From contig CAZIYE010000001.1 in NCBI GenBank assembly GCA_964543385.1, positions 480,001 through 512,000 on the forward strand: a stretch of 32,000 nt of DNA, in the 5' to 3' direction. Source of the DNA: an uncultured Candidatus Saccharibacteria bacterium (GTDB lineage: Bacteria; Patescibacteriota; UBA1384; XYA2-FULL-43-10; 1-14-0-10-43-13). Of the stretch, positions 31,942-32,000 are shown in pieces (within the stretch, counting starts at the first letter, position 1; each line of letters opens with the position of its first letter). A program made the position numbers and the translations under genes. The notes beneath the pieces were generated by a model. It had not been told where the DNA came from. It searched no databases and saw only the letters and a program-made list of their open reading frames with translations.

Positions 31942-32000
31942 TCATTTTATTTTCTTCAATTCTTCTAAATAATCTTTTGTCGGCTGATATTCAGGGTCGA
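31942..32000 (-). CDS. 3' end of a minus-strand CDS whose body lies beyond the window edge (last 18 aa only)
   Basis: The minus-strand frame reads ...DPEYQPTKDYLEELKKIK* with TGA at 31944-31942. It is too short to identify. Confidence 0.3.
   Translation of the reverse strand, partial: DPEYQPTKDYLEELKKIK

Noticed and set aside
1-32000. Alternative genetic code (UGA recoding, as in some candidate phyla)
   Set aside because: The long ORFs are intact under the standard code, and TGA is used as a genuine stop, for example by pilin paralogs 2 and 3 and by rnpA. There is no sign of in-frame TGA inside conserved genes such as dnaA, dnaN, recF and virB4.

Overview
This window looks like the replication-origin region of a low-GC, small-genome bacterium. 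The gene content and style suggest Patescibacteria/CPR, but that is inference only. The conserved core is rpmH-rnpA-yidD-yidC on the minus strand, diverging from dnaA-dnaN-recF-DUF721 on the plus strand. DnaA boxes lie upstream of dnaA, inside dnaA, and in the dnaA-dnaN spacer, which is the likely oriC. Two accessory modules flank this core. On the left (248-3764) are five tandem paralogous TrbC/VirB2-like small membrane 'pilin' genes, then a convergent orphan PilB/GspE-type secretion ATPase and tRNA-Ser(CGA). On the right (10188-31818) is a tightly packed 10-gene minus-strand operon of about 21.6 kb. It encodes a PrgI/VirB3-like protein, a VirB4 ATPase plus an ATPase-less VirB4 N-domain-like protein, and a VirB6-like polytopic protein with a long tail. 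It also encodes a bifunctional SLT + MepA-like wall hydrolase, a TolB-like beta-propeller protein, an M23 peptidase, two proteins I cannot place in any family, and a roughly 2806-aa giant secreted, membrane-anchored protein. No relaxase, VirD4 coupling protein, VirB11, integrase, transposase, CRISPR array or rRNA is visible. The main candidate for a novel system is this non-conjugative-looking T4SS-like apparatus together with the giant protein and the split-off pilin/ATPase module. All family calls come from motif recognition by eye; no searches were run.
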